This document shows positions 42,042 through 52,497 of a DNA stretch of 64,000 bases, piece after piece. The DNA is from Bdellovibrionales bacterium (GTDB lineage: Bacteria > Bdellovibrionota > Bdellovibrionia > Bdellovibrionales > UBA1609), in assembly GCA_965205945.1 (NCBI GenBank), contig CBDBIB010000002.1:64001-128000 (forward strand), read 5' to 3'. The notes beneath the pieces are model-generated. The model was not told the DNA's origin, made no database searches, and saw only the letters and a program-made list of their open reading frames with translations. Within the stretch, counting starts at the first letter, position 1; each line of letters starts with the position of its first letter. The translations under genes and the position numbers were made by a program.

Positions 42042-42134
42042 AATACACCTCATATATTGATAATGAAGTAGAAATGTTTAAGGAGCAAGAGTGAAAAACA
42101 CTTTGCTCCAAATTGGCCTTATTATAACGATGTA

Positions 42135-42824
42135 TTATTGGACATTTGCAAGCAGTACAGAAAGCTTTTGAGGTAGACGAAGTGAGATGAATACACCTCC
42201 ACTGTGTTCATTGATAGGAGCAAGCCAATGTATGTTTCCTATATGGCTGTTATTTTGCTCAGATCGTATAGGAACGGTTAAGTTAAGTGGAAGTTTAAGG
42301 CCTATCTCTACAAAAATTGAAAAGGAGTCAAAGGCAGCATATCCATAGGCATTAAGACCTAAAAACTTAAGTGGAAAACTAAATGATGGTGGCTCTCCAC
42401 CATTTATATCCGGAAGAGGTCTTCCATTAGGCAAAGTTGTTGGGCTTTCTACAAGTTCTATATAGTCTAGTATGGGAATAGTTAGAGTTATTGTGCCTTC
42501 AATAGGATCAGTCTCAAAAGTGATGTTAGAGTTTTGGCGTATTGTACCTGATATGCCTGGAAGTGAAGCTCCTAAAGGAAAACGAATTGTAATTTCAAGG
42601 CTTTGGGTTGTATTGTTATAGTTAATAATTTGACCATTATCTAAAAGGTTAGAGGGATCATCGAACCTTGCGCTAAACGAAATATTTTCATTTATTAAAT
42701 TAGGGGTTTCACTAGAATTAAAGTCTTCACTGCGGGAGGTTGAATTTGAAAGTGAATTTAAATCATTTGTACAGCCTATAAAAAATAATAAGACTATATT
42801 TAAAATTAATTTTTTAGTTTTCAT
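42135..42824 (-). CDS. Hypothetical lipoprotein
   Basis: Lipobox FIGC, AAGGAG RBS. Confidence 0.75.
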   Translation of the reverse strand: MKTKKLILNIVLLFFIGCTNDLNSLSNSTSRSEDFNSSETPNLINENISFSARFDDPSNLLDNGQIINYNNTTQSLEITIRFPLGASLPGISGTIRQNSNITFETDPIEGTITLTIPILDYIELVESPTTLPNGRPLPDINGGEPPSFSFPLKFLGLNAYGYAAFDSFSIFVEIGLKLPLNLTVPIRSEQNNSHIGNIHWLAPINEHSGGVFISLRLPQKLSVLLANVQ

Positions 42825-43022
42825 ATGTAGTTTCTCCTTATAAAATATTTCACCCAGTTAATCGAGGACTTAGACTATTGTCTTTAGGCCTTTTGTTTTA
42901 TTTAAAGGGTGTTCTCAAAAAAAGACTTAAAAGTTAAAGTTATATATATATTTTTTAGACAGTTTAAAGTGGCATTGTTGGAATAATGTTTTGTTAGCCT
43001 TGACGAAGGCCTTTGACCTCTC

Positions 43023-45560
43023 ATGTTTTATATATGGGGGTGTGCTGTGGATAACATGAATTCTAAATTCACACAGATTGTGGTAGAGAGTTTACAAGTA
43101 GCTTATGACAAAGCTTTAAAGAGTTCTTTTTCTGAAGTTAATGCAGCATGTTTATTTCTTGAATTTATGGGGTATGGAGAGGCTCTTTTTGGAAAATTTT
43201 TTATAGATCATAAAATTGAAATGAAAAGTGTTTTTGAAAAAAAAATGGAAAGTGCACCTAGGCTAAGAACCTTACCTCAAGGGCAAATTCCTTTTTCAGT
43301 ATATATTCAACGAGCAATGTCTATGGCTTCGGAAAAGGCAAAAGAGATGAAGGATCAATTTATCTCTACAGAGCATTTTTTGTTCTACCTTATGTTAAAT
43401 CAATCTGAATTTTCAGAGTATTTTAAGGGAATTAGTTTTACAGAAAACTTATTAAAAGAATGGATTTTAAAAAAACGAGGTGGAAAAAGAATCACCACAG
43501 ATAATCCTGAAGGTACACATAATGCTCTTAATAAATATTGTAAGAATTTAAATCAAATGGCATTTGAAAATAAGTTAGACCCTGTAATAGGTAGAGATCA
43601 AGAAATACGTAGAGCCATTCAGGTTTTATTAAGGCGGACAAAGAATAACCCAGTTCTTATTGGAGAGCCCGGCGTAGGTAAAACGGCCATTGTTGAAGGT
43701 CTTGCTGGTAGAATCGAAGATGGAGATGTTCCAGATATTTTGTTAGGTAAAAAAATTTATAGCTTAGATATGGGCCTTTTAGTTGCGGGAGCTAAGTATA
43801 AAGGTGAGTTTGAAGAAAGGCTTAAGGCTGTAGTTCAAGAAATTATTAATTCAAGGGGTGAGATTATACTGTTTATTGATGAGCTCCATACTTTGGTTGG
43901 AGCAGGGAAATCAGAAGGAGCTATGGATGCGGCTCAATTATTAAAGCCAGCACTGTCTAGGGGAGAGCTTCGTGTAGTTGGTGCCACAACCCTTGATGAG
44001 TATAAAGAGTATATTGAAAAAGATAAGGCTTTAGAAAGAAGGTTTCAGTCGACTGTTGTGGATGAACCAACTAAAGAAGATGCACTAGAAATTTTAAGAG
44101 GATTAAAAGAAAAGTATGAACTTCATCATGGCGTAAGGATTAAAGATGAGGCTTTAAGTGCTGCTGTGGAATTGAGTTCTAGGTATATTAATCATAGATT
44201 TTTACCAGACAAAGCTATTGATTTAATTGATGAGGCAGCAAGCCAGCTAAATATTGAAATTAATTCAGTACCTGTCAAGATCGATGAACTTCAAAGAGAA
44301 ATTATTAGGTTGCAGGTGAAAGTTAAGGCTTTAGAGTTTGAAGAAGGTATGGATGTGAGTTCTATAAAAAAACTTTTAGATGAAAAACTTTCTAGAAAAA
44401 GTGTACTTGTAAGGATTTGGGAAAAAGAAAGGGCTATTCTTAATAAAGACAAGGGTTTAAAGGTAGAGTATGAAAATGCAAAGCTAAAACTTCAACAGGT
44501 TGAGAAAACTGGAGATTTAGAAATTGCTGCAGAACTTAAATATGGAACCTTACCTAGGCTTGAGCAAAAAATAGCTGAAGTAGAGAACTCTTTAAAAGTA
44601 ACAAGTCTTTTAACCGAAAGCTTGGGTGCTGAAGAGGTTGCAAAGGTGGTCTCTAAATGGATAAAAGTTCCAGTTTCAAAACTTATAGATAGTGAGCGAG
44701 AAAAGCTTCTTAAGCTTGAGCAAAATTTAAAAAAAAGAGTTGTGGGTCAGGAGAAGTCCTTAAAAAGTATATCTCAAGCTGTATTAAGATCAAAGGCGGG
44801 ATTTTCAGACCCTAATAAACCTTTAGGAGTGTTCTTATTCTTAGGTCCTACGGGGGTTGGAAAAACAGAAACTGTAAAGGTTTTAGCTGAACAGCTTTTT
44901 AATGATGAAGAAAAAATTGTTAGATTAGATATGAGTGAATATATGGAAAAACACTCAATATCTAAACTAATAGGTTCTCCTCCAGGGTATGTTGGTTATA
45001 AAGAGGGAGGACAGTTAACTGAAAAGATTAGAAGAGCTCCGTTTTCAGTGATTTTGTTAGATGAAATTGAAAAAGCACATCTAGATGTTTTTAATGTGCT
45101 TCTTCAAGTCTTTGATGAAGGGAGACTTACTGATGGTCAAGGAAAGATTGTGGATTTTAAGAACATCTTAGTGGTAATGACATCAAATTTAAAAAACAAC
45201 AATTTAAAAACACATTTTAAGCCAGAGTTTTTAAATAGAATTGATGAGGTTTTAGAGTACAAAGCTTTAAACGATGAATGTTTAATAAAGATTGTAGATC
45301 TTTTAGTATTAGAGGTTCAAGATCGTATAATGAGTAGAGGAATTAAAATTTGTTTAAGTGATGGGGCTAAAAAGTTTATTTTTGAAAAAGGTTACAATCC
45401 AGAATTTGGAGCAAGACCTTTAAAAAGAACAATTGAAAAATTTGTTGTAAATCCATTGGCGTTTATGGTTCTTAATGAGGAGGTGAAAGAAGGTGCGGTC
45501 GTAAAAGTTGGTGCTTTAAAAGAAAAGCTAACTTTTAAGGTGGAATCGATTTTACAGTAA
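43023..45560 (+). CDS. clpB: Chaperone ClpB (true start possibly 43047 or 43056)
   Basis: Two AAA+ modules ([16 protein letters not shown]) and a coiled-coil middle domain (AAELKYG). Confidence 0.95.
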   Translation: MFYIWGCAVDNMNSKFTQIVVESLQVAYDKALKSSFSEVNAACLFLEFMGYGEALFGKFFIDHKIEMKSVFEKKMESAPRLRTLPQGQIPFSVYIQRAMSMASEKAKEMKDQFISTEHFLFYLMLNQSEFSEYFKGISFTENLLKEWILKKRGGKRITTDNPEGTHNALNKYCKNLNQMAFENKLDPVIGRDQEIRRAIQVLLRRTKNNPVLIGEPGVGKTAIVEGLAGRIEDGDVPDILLGKKIYSLDMGLLVAGAKYKGEFEERLKAVVQEIINSRGEIILFIDELHTLVGAGKSEGAMDAAQLLKPALSRGELRVVGATTLDEYKEYIEKDKALERRFQSTVVDEPTKEDALEILRGLKEKYELHHGVRIKDEALSAAVELSSRYINHRFLPDKAIDLIDEAASQLNIEINSVPVKIDELQREIIRLQVKVKALEFEEGMDVSSIKKLLDEKLSRKSVLVRIWEKERAILNKDKGLKVEYENAKLKLQQVEKTGDLEIAAELKYGTLPRLEQKIAEVENSLKVTSLLTESLGAEEVAKVVSKWIKVPVSKLIDSEREKLLKLEQNLKKRVVGQEKSLKSISQAVLRSKAGFSDPNKPLGVFLFLGPTGVGKTETVKVLAEQLFNDEEKIVRLDMSEYMEKHSISKLIGSPPGYVGYKEGGQLTEKIRRAPFSVILLDEIEKAHLDVFNVLLQVFDEGRLTDGQGKIVDFKNILVVMTSNLKNNNLKTHFKPEFLNRIDEVLEYKALNDECLIKIVDLLVLEVQDRIMSRGIKICLSDGAKKFIFEKGYNPEFGARPLKRTIEKFVVNPLAFMVLNEEVKEGAVVKVGALKEKLTFKVESILQ

Positions 45561-45870
45561 ATTGTAGTTACACAATTTAATTTACAAGGCTTAGAATAAA
45601 AATCTTTCTAAGAAATTTTGGCTTGTTTATAACTCAAATCAGCGTTGTTGCACATGAGTGTTTAACCTAAGATTAAAGGTTTAAGAAAAACTTCCTACCC
45701 ATTCTAAAATAAACATACTAAAGATGCTTAATCCTAGTTTATTGTTAAGTAGTCATACAATTTGTTTTACAGGTCTCCATAAAATCCTATTAAAACCTGG
45801 AATAGTCATTTTTTACAAGAAATTAAAAAAATTCGAATTTGGCAGCTTCTATTCATCAAAAAAAAATAAA

Positions 45871-48800
45871 TTAATAATCAGGGCTACAACGTGTAAAATT
45901 AGGTTTTTCAGCAAGAGTCCAAGAAGTTAAAGTTTGGTATGAAAAACTTCCACACTCGACAACGTTAGAAACATTCCATGAACTGATGTCTTGATCAAAA
46001 GAATCTGCATTAGAAAACATAGACCTCATATCAGTAACCTTAGAAGTGTCCCAGTTAGAGGTGTCAGGGTTAGCTAAATCTGCACTTAAAAACATAGACC
46101 TCATATCAGTAACCTTAGAAGTGTCCCAGTTAGAGGTGTCAGGGTTAGCTAAAGCTGCACTATTAAACATAGAGCCCATATTAGTAACCTTAGAAGTGTC
46201 CCAGTTAGAGGTGTCAGGGTTAGCTAAAGCTGCACTATTAAACATAGAGCCCATATTAGTAACCTTAGAAGTGTCCCAGTTAGAGGTGTCAGGGTTAGCT
46301 AAATCTGCACTAAAAAACATCCGGCTCATACTAGTAACCTTAGAAGTGTCCCAGTTAGAGGTGTCAGGGTTAGCTAAATCTGCACTAAAAAACATCCGGC
46401 TCATATTAGTAACATGTCTAGTTGAGCCACCATTAACAAGAGTTAAGTTATCTGCTTTATAAAACATATGACTAAAACTTTCCCACCCTGTGTCTCCTAA
46501 TTCTGTAACCTCAATTATTTGCTCGCTATCACGAAAGTTAAGATATGGGCAGCGCCCAGTGATTTTAACTATATAAGTCCCTGAAGATGAATAAGTATGA
46601 TTTTTATCTAAATCACTTGATGAAGTAACAACTCCCGAGGTTCCATCCCCCCAATGAACCATAAAGTTATATGTATAAGAAGAACTTAAACTAAGATTTA
46701 AATTTAAATCACTACCATAAATACTAAATTTAGCTGTAAAAGGGGTTCCTAAATTTTGTATTTCAGTGCTTAAACTAACTACATCAGACAGGTTTCCGGC
46801 TGCATCTTGTGCAACACCAGAGGCGATTGTAATTTGAATATTTCCGGTTTCATCACTGCAGTCTGAAATCCTAATACTTGGATTAATAGTTGTTCCATTT
46901 GTTACTAAAACTGTGCAACCTGTAGTAGCTCCAGTAAGGCTGACATTGCTCTTTTCTAGGTTTATACTACTAAAGTCTTGGCTTACAGTTATGGGAAAGT
47001 CTATAGAATTTGAACTGCTTATTATATGGCTTCCAATACTGACAATAGGGGGTTTAGTATCTTTTATTAGATTTAAAACACCTGAAGTTTTAGAATTTCC
47101 AGCAATGTTTGTGATACTAGCAGTTAGTGAAAGTGGACCATCACTTAGGCTTGAAAAATCAATATCACCACTAAAGCTTTTATTAGAACAAGTAATAAAG
47201 CTTGTACCATGTGAAAATGTGATAAGCTCACCATCTTCAGAACATGTTCCTAAAACCCTAAAACCCCCCTCATTAATAGAATTAATGTAAGATCCACTTA
47301 AAGAGTTTGTAATAGAAATTGTTGGATCATTGTTACTTAAAAAAGTTTTCCACACTACCCCATCGCAAAACTCCAGTTTTTTTCCTAAAGAATTATACCT
47401 TAAAGTACCCTCAGTTAAACTGTCACAAGGGGTTGTAACTGTTCCAACTTTTTTTAAAAATGTAACAGTAGATGTACTAATAGATCCTGGAGTAGAAATG
47501 CTTCCAGAGACAGAAACATCACCATTATTGTTAATAGTGATTCCTTCATCATCGCCGTCTCCACTTAAATAATTTTGGTTAAGATTTATATTTAATCGAG
47601 CCCTGCCATCTCCCATATTATCAGCACTGCTTGGTAAGTTTATAAGCCGACTTCCATCAACAGCAGGCAGTCTTAAAGAGCTATCAAGCTTAATAAGCTG
47701 ATTGCTCCCTGTGCCAACATCTAATCTAGCTGTGCTAATGGTTCCTGAAGTGATCTTTTCTCCATTTAAATCTGGTATATCAGATTTTAATAAACTTAAA
47801 CCCTCAACCACTCTTCCTTTAACATCAACTCTAACTTTTGGGTACGTCCCTTGGGTTACACCCGTTGGTATAAGACTAGGGTTCGGGTAGGTTCCTGTAA
47901 GATCCCCTTGAGCCTGGCTTCCTAAAAGACTTGTGTCTGTCACACATGACCATAAATAAATAGGACCTTCACTCATTTGAAGTTTTTCATTGCTTTCACA
48001 ATTAGGCACTCCACCAGCATCCATTGCGTTGCCTGCATTTTTTCCTAAAGAAGCTTTTAAATAACCGTTTAAAAAGTTTGAATGTGTTATTTTTTTAAGA
48101 CCACTTTGAGAAACATCATACATTAAAACACTGTCTAAAGAATCAGCCGTAGTTTTTTCTGTAGTTTTGTTAATGTCTACACTTAAACTTCTATTAGTTG
48201 ATAAATCTCCACCTCCACTTAATCCACTGTTTAAAGCCGTTCTAATAGTTCTAGTTATTGGAGCTTTTCTAGATTCAAGTTCATTAAGTGCACCTTCTAC
48301 ATCTGTAGCCTGAATGTTTCCAAATGGAGTGTAGGTCACCGTGTTTGCCGCCAGACTTGCTAAACTCCAACCTTCAGACACATCCTTACAATTTGCTCCT
48401 CTTTCATCACAAATTTGTGTTATTCTTGCTGTTCCAGCAACGTCTAATAAAGCCTCAGGACTAGCCTTACCAACTCCAACCCTTCCATTAGCATCAATAA
48501 TAATTCCCTCATTATCACCGTCTCCACTTAAATAATTTTGGTTAAGATTTATATTTAATCGAGCTATACCATCTCCCATATTATCAGCACTGCTTGGTAA
48601 GTTTATAAGCTGACTTCCATCAACAGCAGGCAGTCTTAAAGAGCTATCAAGCTTAACAAGCTGATTGCTCCCTGTGCCAACATCTAATCTAGCTGTGCTA
48701 ATGGTTCCTGAAGTGATCTTTTCTCCATTTAAATCTGGTATATCAGATTTTAATAAACTTAAACCCTCAACCACTCTTCCTTTAACATCAACTCTAACTT

Positions 48801-51800
48801 TTGGGTACGTCCCTGGGGTTACACCCGTTGGTATAAGACTAGGGTTCGGGTAGGTTCCTGTAAGATCCCCTTGAGCCTGGCTTCCTAAAAGACTTGTGTC
48901 TTGATCAACTTCACATGACCAGGAATAAATAGGGCCGTTACTCATTTGAAGTTTTTCATTAGTTTCACAACTAGGCACTCCACCAGCATCCATTGCGTTG
49001 CCTGCATTTTTTCCTAAAGAAGCTTTTAAATAACCGTTTAAAAAGTTTGAATGTGTTATTTTTTTAAGACCACTTTGAGAAACATCATACATTAAAACAC
49101 TGTCTAAAGAATCAGCCGTAGTTTTTTCTGTAGTTTTGTTAATGTCTACACTTAAACTTCTATTAGTTGATAAATCTCCACCTCCACTTAATCCACTGTT
49201 TAAAGCCGTTGTAATAGTTCTAGTTATTGGAGCTTTTCTAGATTCAAGTTCATTAAGTGCACCTTCTACATCTGTAGCCTGAATGTTTCCAAATGGAGTG
49301 TAGGTCACCGTGTTTGCCGCCAGACTTGCTAAACTCCAACCTTCAGACACATCCTTACAATTTGCTCCTCTTTCATCACAAATTTGTGTTATTCTTGCTG
49401 TTCCAGCAACGTCTAATAAAGCCTCAGGACTAGCCTTACCAACTCCAACCCTTCCATTAGCATCAATAATAATTCCCTCATTATCACCGTCTCCACTTAA
49501 ATAATTTTGGTTAAGATTTATATTTAATCGAGCTATACCATCTCCCATATTATCAGCACTGCTTGGTAAGTTTATAAGCTGACTTCCATCAACAGCAGGC
49601 AGTCTTAAAGAGCTATCAAGCTTAACAAGCTGATTGCTCCCTGTGCCAACATCTAATCTAGCTGTGCTAATGGTTCCTGAAGTGATCTTTTCTCCATTTA
49701 AATCTGGTATATCAGATTTTAATAAACTTAAACCCTCAACCACTCTTCCTTTAACATCAACTCTAACTTTTGGGTACGTCCCTGGGGTTACACCCGTTGG
49801 TATAAGACTAGGGTTCGGGTAGGTTCCTGTAAGATCCCCTTGAGCCTGGCTTCCTAAAAGACTTGTGTTTTGATCAACTTCACATGACCAGGAATAAATA
49901 GGGCCATTACTCATTTGAAGTTTTTCATTGCTTTCACAACTAGGCACTCCACCAGCATCCATTGCGTTGCCTCGACTTTTTCCTAAAGAGGCTTTTAAAT
50001 AACCGTTTAAAAAGTTTGAATGTGTTATTTTTTTAAGACCACTTTGAGAAACATCATACATTAAAACACTGTCTAAAGAATCAGCCGTAGTTTTTTCTGT
50101 AGTTTTGTTAATGTCTACACTTAAACTTCTATCAGTTGATAAATCTCCGCCTCCACTTAATCCACTGTTTAAAGCCGTTCTAATAGTTCTAGTTATTGGA
50201 GCTTTTCTAGATTCAAGTTCATTAAGTGCACCTTCTACATCTGTAGCCTGAATGTTTCCAAATGGAGTGTAGGTCACCGTGTTTGCCGCCAGACTTGCTA
50301 AACTCCAACCTTCAGACACATCCTTACAATTTGCTCCTCTTTCATCACAAATTTGTGTTATTCTTGCTGTTCCAGCAACGTCTAATAAAGCCTCAGGACT
50401 AGCCTTACCAACTCCAACCCTTCCACTAGCATCAATAATAATTCCCTCATTATCACCGTCTCCACTTAAATAATTTTGGTTAAGATTTATATTTAATCGA
50501 GCTACGCTATCTCCCATATTATCAGCACTACTTGGTAAGTTTATAAGCCGACTTCCATCAACAGCAGGCAGTCTTAAAGAGCTATCAAGCTTAATAAGCT
50601 GATTGCTCCCTGTGCCAACATCTAATCTAGCTGTGCTAATGGTTCCTGAAGTGATCTTTTCTCCATTTAAATCTGGTATATCAGATTTTAATAAACTTAA
50701 ACCCTCAACCACTCTTCCTTTAACATCAACTCTAACTTTTGGGTACGCCCCTTGGGTTACACCCGTTGGTATAAGACTAGGGTTTGGGTAGGTTCCTGTA
50801 AGATCCCCTTGAGCCTGGCTTCCTAAAAGACTTGTGTCTGTGTCTGTATCAATATCAGCCACGCAAGAATAGCTTATTATAGCACCAGGGTTTCGTTGAA
50901 TCTTTTCCCCACTAGTACACACAGGAAGAGTGTCCACTTGCATGAGCTGTCCTAAACCACTTCCTATATCTGCTTCTAAACCCCTTGGCGTAATTTTTAA
51001 ACCACTTCCTACTTTTACTTTTAATTTATTTATATTAAACTCTAAACCCCCAGAAGAATCTAAATCTAAATCTATGTTTCCACTGTTGTTGTATAAACCC
51101 CTACCAAGGTTGATGCTTATTGTTGGGTTGCTACCACCTGAAGAGGTTAAAGGAGCATTGACTAAAACACTTGATGCACTACTTAAGGTGCTTAAAACTT
51201 CTAAGCTAACACCATTCCAATACTTAAGCGCTCCAGAGTCACTATTGTACCAAGTAGCCCCAGCATTGCTCATGTTCATAGATCCTAAAAGACTAACTTC
51301 TTCTAAATTCGTATAAGAACCTAAGGTCATGGTACTTCCTGGGTTTTGCATAATATGACTTGTGTTTAGAATCTGATTATTATTAAAGTTAAGGTCACCT
51401 AATAAAACCCCTCCTGTAAGAGGAAGTTTTGTATTGTCAGTTCCTGTGGGAACCACTGAGCTTGGTAGAATTCCACTTGTGATTTTATTTGCATGAATAC
51501 CGCTTGCAAGATGACTGTTTAAAACACCCCCTGGTGCAATTAAAATTGTGCCACTGTTTGTAATGGTTCCACCACTTAAGCCGCTTCCTGCTGTAATACT
51601 GGTTACAGTTCCACTACCTTTACCAACAACAGTGGCTGCTGATCCATTGTAGTACATGATTTGATTATTTGTAGAGTTATACCAAATATCTCCTGCCTGA
51701 GAATTAGGTGGTGGATGAGAGCTTGAAAAACTAGGTAAAAAGCTAGCTCCACTGATGCTTAATGGGGAGTATTGATTAGAACTGCCATTAATTAAAGCCA

Positions 51801-52407
51801 TAAGCTCCCTTTGATTGGCATCATTATCAAACACGGTCTCTAAATTGCTTTGAGTAACACCACGACTTACTTGAATAAAATCATTAACAGCTTTTCCACC
51901 AAGTTTGCCGGCATACTGAGCATAGGGCACACTGTGAATTATATGGTCATTTGTTAAAGTAAGAGGGCCGCTGCCATGATCAAAAGTTACTCTAAGCCTT
52001 CTTGTATCGTTTAAGGTTGGAGTGTATGAAGACCCAAAGGCACAACTAAGACTTTTATTGTTTAAAAAAGAATTGTCTAAAGCTTTAGATAAATTTGTTA
52101 AGCCTCCATTTCCTGTGTTTATTCCAGACCCAACGTTTAAGTTAAAAACTCCCTTTGATCCTATCATATTAAGATTAAAACTTTCTTCGTAAAGAAGACA
52201 ATGATCCATGGAGGATAAAACTTGAACAAGAAAGCTGACATTATTTTCTTCTAAAGCGTCTCCATTGGGTTTTACAATTTGGCCTTGAAAAACAAAAGAA
52301 CTTGGGGTGGCTAGAGAATGGGGAGTTAATAGTAAAATTGTGAAGAAAGTTAAAGCTTTCACACTTATTTCTATGAAATTTTTTAATAAGTCATATACTC
52401 TATACAT
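45871..52407 (-). CDS. Giant secreted phage-tail-fibre-like (MAT-like) adhesin with Ig/PKD domains and DUF285 (BspA-like) tip
   Basis: Signal peptide; FQGQIVKP..G...CLLYEE N-domain; GTVTSITAGSGLSGG, GDLTGTYPNP, LPAVDGS, GRVGVG fibre motifs; WGDG; xMFxxA...SNWDTSKVT repeats. Confidence 0.8.
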   Translation of the reverse strand: MYRVYDLLKNFIEISVKALTFFTILLLTPHSLATPSSFVFQGQIVKPNGDALEENNVSFLVQVLSSMDHCLLYEESFNLNMIGSKGVFNLNVGSGINTGNGGLTNLSKALDNSFLNNKSLSCAFGSSYTPTLNDTRRLRVTFDHGSGPLTLTNDHIIHSVPYAQYAGKLGGKAVNDFIQVSRGVTQSNLETVFDNDANQRELMALINGSSNQYSPLSISGASFLPSFSSSHPPPNSQAGDIWYNSTNNQIMYYNGSAATVVGKGSGTVTSITAGSGLSGGTITNSGTILIAPGGVLNSHLASGIHANKITSGILPSSVVPTGTDNTKLPLTGGVLLGDLNFNNNQILNTSHIMQNPGSTMTLGSYTNLEEVSLLGSMNMSNAGATWYNSDSGALKYWNGVSLEVLSTLSSASSVLVNAPLTSSGGSNPTISINLGRGLYNNSGNIDLDLDSSGGLEFNINKLKVKVGSGLKITPRGLEADIGSGLGQLMQVDTLPVCTSGEKIQRNPGAIISYSCVADIDTDTDTSLLGSQAQGDLTGTYPNPSLIPTGVTQGAYPKVRVDVKGRVVEGLSLLKSDIPDLNGEKITSGTISTARLDVGTGSNQLIKLDSSLRLPAVDGSRLINLPSSADNMGDSVARLNINLNQNYLSGDGDNEGIIIDASGRVGVGKASPEALLDVAGTARITQICDERGANCKDVSEGWSLASLAANTVTYTPFGNIQATDVEGALNELESRKAPITRTIRTALNSGLSGGGDLSTDRSLSVDINKTTEKTTADSLDSVLMYDVSQSGLKKITHSNFLNGYLKASLGKSRGNAMDAGGVPSCESNEKLQMSNGPIYSWSCEVDQNTSLLGSQAQGDLTGTYPNPSLIPTGVTPGTYPKVRVDVKGRVVEGLSLLKSDIPDLNGEKITSGTISTARLDVGTGSNQLVKLDSSLRLPAVDGSQLINLPSSADNMGDGIARLNINLNQNYLSGDGDNEGIIIDANGRVGVGKASPEALLDVAGTARITQICDERGANCKDVSEGWSLASLAANTVTYTPFGNIQATDVEGALNELESRKAPITRTITTALNSGLSGGGDLSTNRSLSVDINKTTEKTTADSLDSVLMYDVSQSGLKKITHSNFLNGYLKASLGKNAGNAMDAGGVPSCETNEKLQMSNGPIYSWSCEVDQDTSLLGSQAQGDLTGTYPNPSLIPTGVTPGTYPKVRVDVKGRVVEGLSLLKSDIPDLNGEKITSGTISTARLDVGTGSNQLVKLDSSLRLPAVDGSQLINLPSSADNMGDGIARLNINLNQNYLSGDGDNEGIIIDANGRVGVGKASPEALLDVAGTARITQICDERGANCKDVSEGWSLASLAANTVTYTPFGNIQATDVEGALNELESRKAPITRTIRTALNSGLSGGGDLSTNRSLSVDINKTTEKTTADSLDSVLMYDVSQSGLKKITHSNFLNGYLKASLGKNAGNAMDAGGVPNCESNEKLQMSEGPIYLWSCVTDTSLLGSQAQGDLTGTYPNPSLIPTGVTQGTYPKVRVDVKGRVVEGLSLLKSDIPDLNGEKITSGTISTARLDVGTGSNQLIKLDSSLRLPAVDGSRLINLPSSADNMGDGRARLNINLNQNYLSGDGDDEGITINNNGDVSVSGSISTPGSISTSTVTFLKKVGTVTTPCDSLTEGTLRYNSLGKKLEFCDGVVWKTFLSNNDPTISITNSLSGSYINSINEGGFRVLGTCSEDGELITFSHGTSFITCSNKSFSGDIDFSSLSDGPLSLTASITNIAGNSKTSGVLNLIKDTKPPIVSIGSHIISSSNSIDFPITVSQDFSSINLEKSNVSLTGATTGCTVLVTNGTTINPSIRISDCSDETGNIQITIASGVAQDAAGNLSDVVSLSTEIQNLGTPFTAKFSIYGSDLNLNLSLSSSYTYNFMVHWGDGTSGVVTSSSDLDKNHTYSSSGTYIVKITGRCPYLNFRDSEQIIEVTELGDTGWESFSHMFYKADNLTLVNGGSTRHVTNMSRMFFSADLANPDTSNWDTSKVTSMSRMFFSADLANPDTSNWDTSKVTNMGSMFNSAALANPDTSNWDTSKVTNMGSMFNSAALANPDTSNWDTSKVTDMRSMFLSADLANPDTSNWDTSKVTDMRSMFSNADSFDQDISSWNVSNVVECGSFSYQTLTSWTLAEKPNFTRCSPDY
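46012..46411 (-). repeat. 75-bp (25-aa) DUF285 repeats, about 5 copies
   Basis: GTAACCTTAGAAGTGTCCCAGTTAGAGGTGTCAGGGTTAGCTAAA recurs every 75 bp. Confidence 0.95.
47540..50838 (-). repeat. Near-identical intragenic tandem repeat, periods 963/969/969 bp (3 full + 1 partial unit)
   Basis: Equivalent positions at 47702, 48665, 49634 and 50603. Confidence 0.95.
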
Positions 52408-52497
52408 ATTGTATATTTCGGATGAAAAGCTTAATAATTAGAGGAAATTAAATAGTTTTTTAGCTCTAATTCTACATTTTTATTTTCATTTAAAATC

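Noticed and set aside
41703..46411. 30-bp and 75-bp arrays as CRISPR
   Set aside because: They are in-frame coding repeats without unique spacers, and no cas genes are present
46046..51316. Repeated plus-strand ORFs inside the adhesin
   Set aside because: Antisense shadows of the repeats with no independent coding signal
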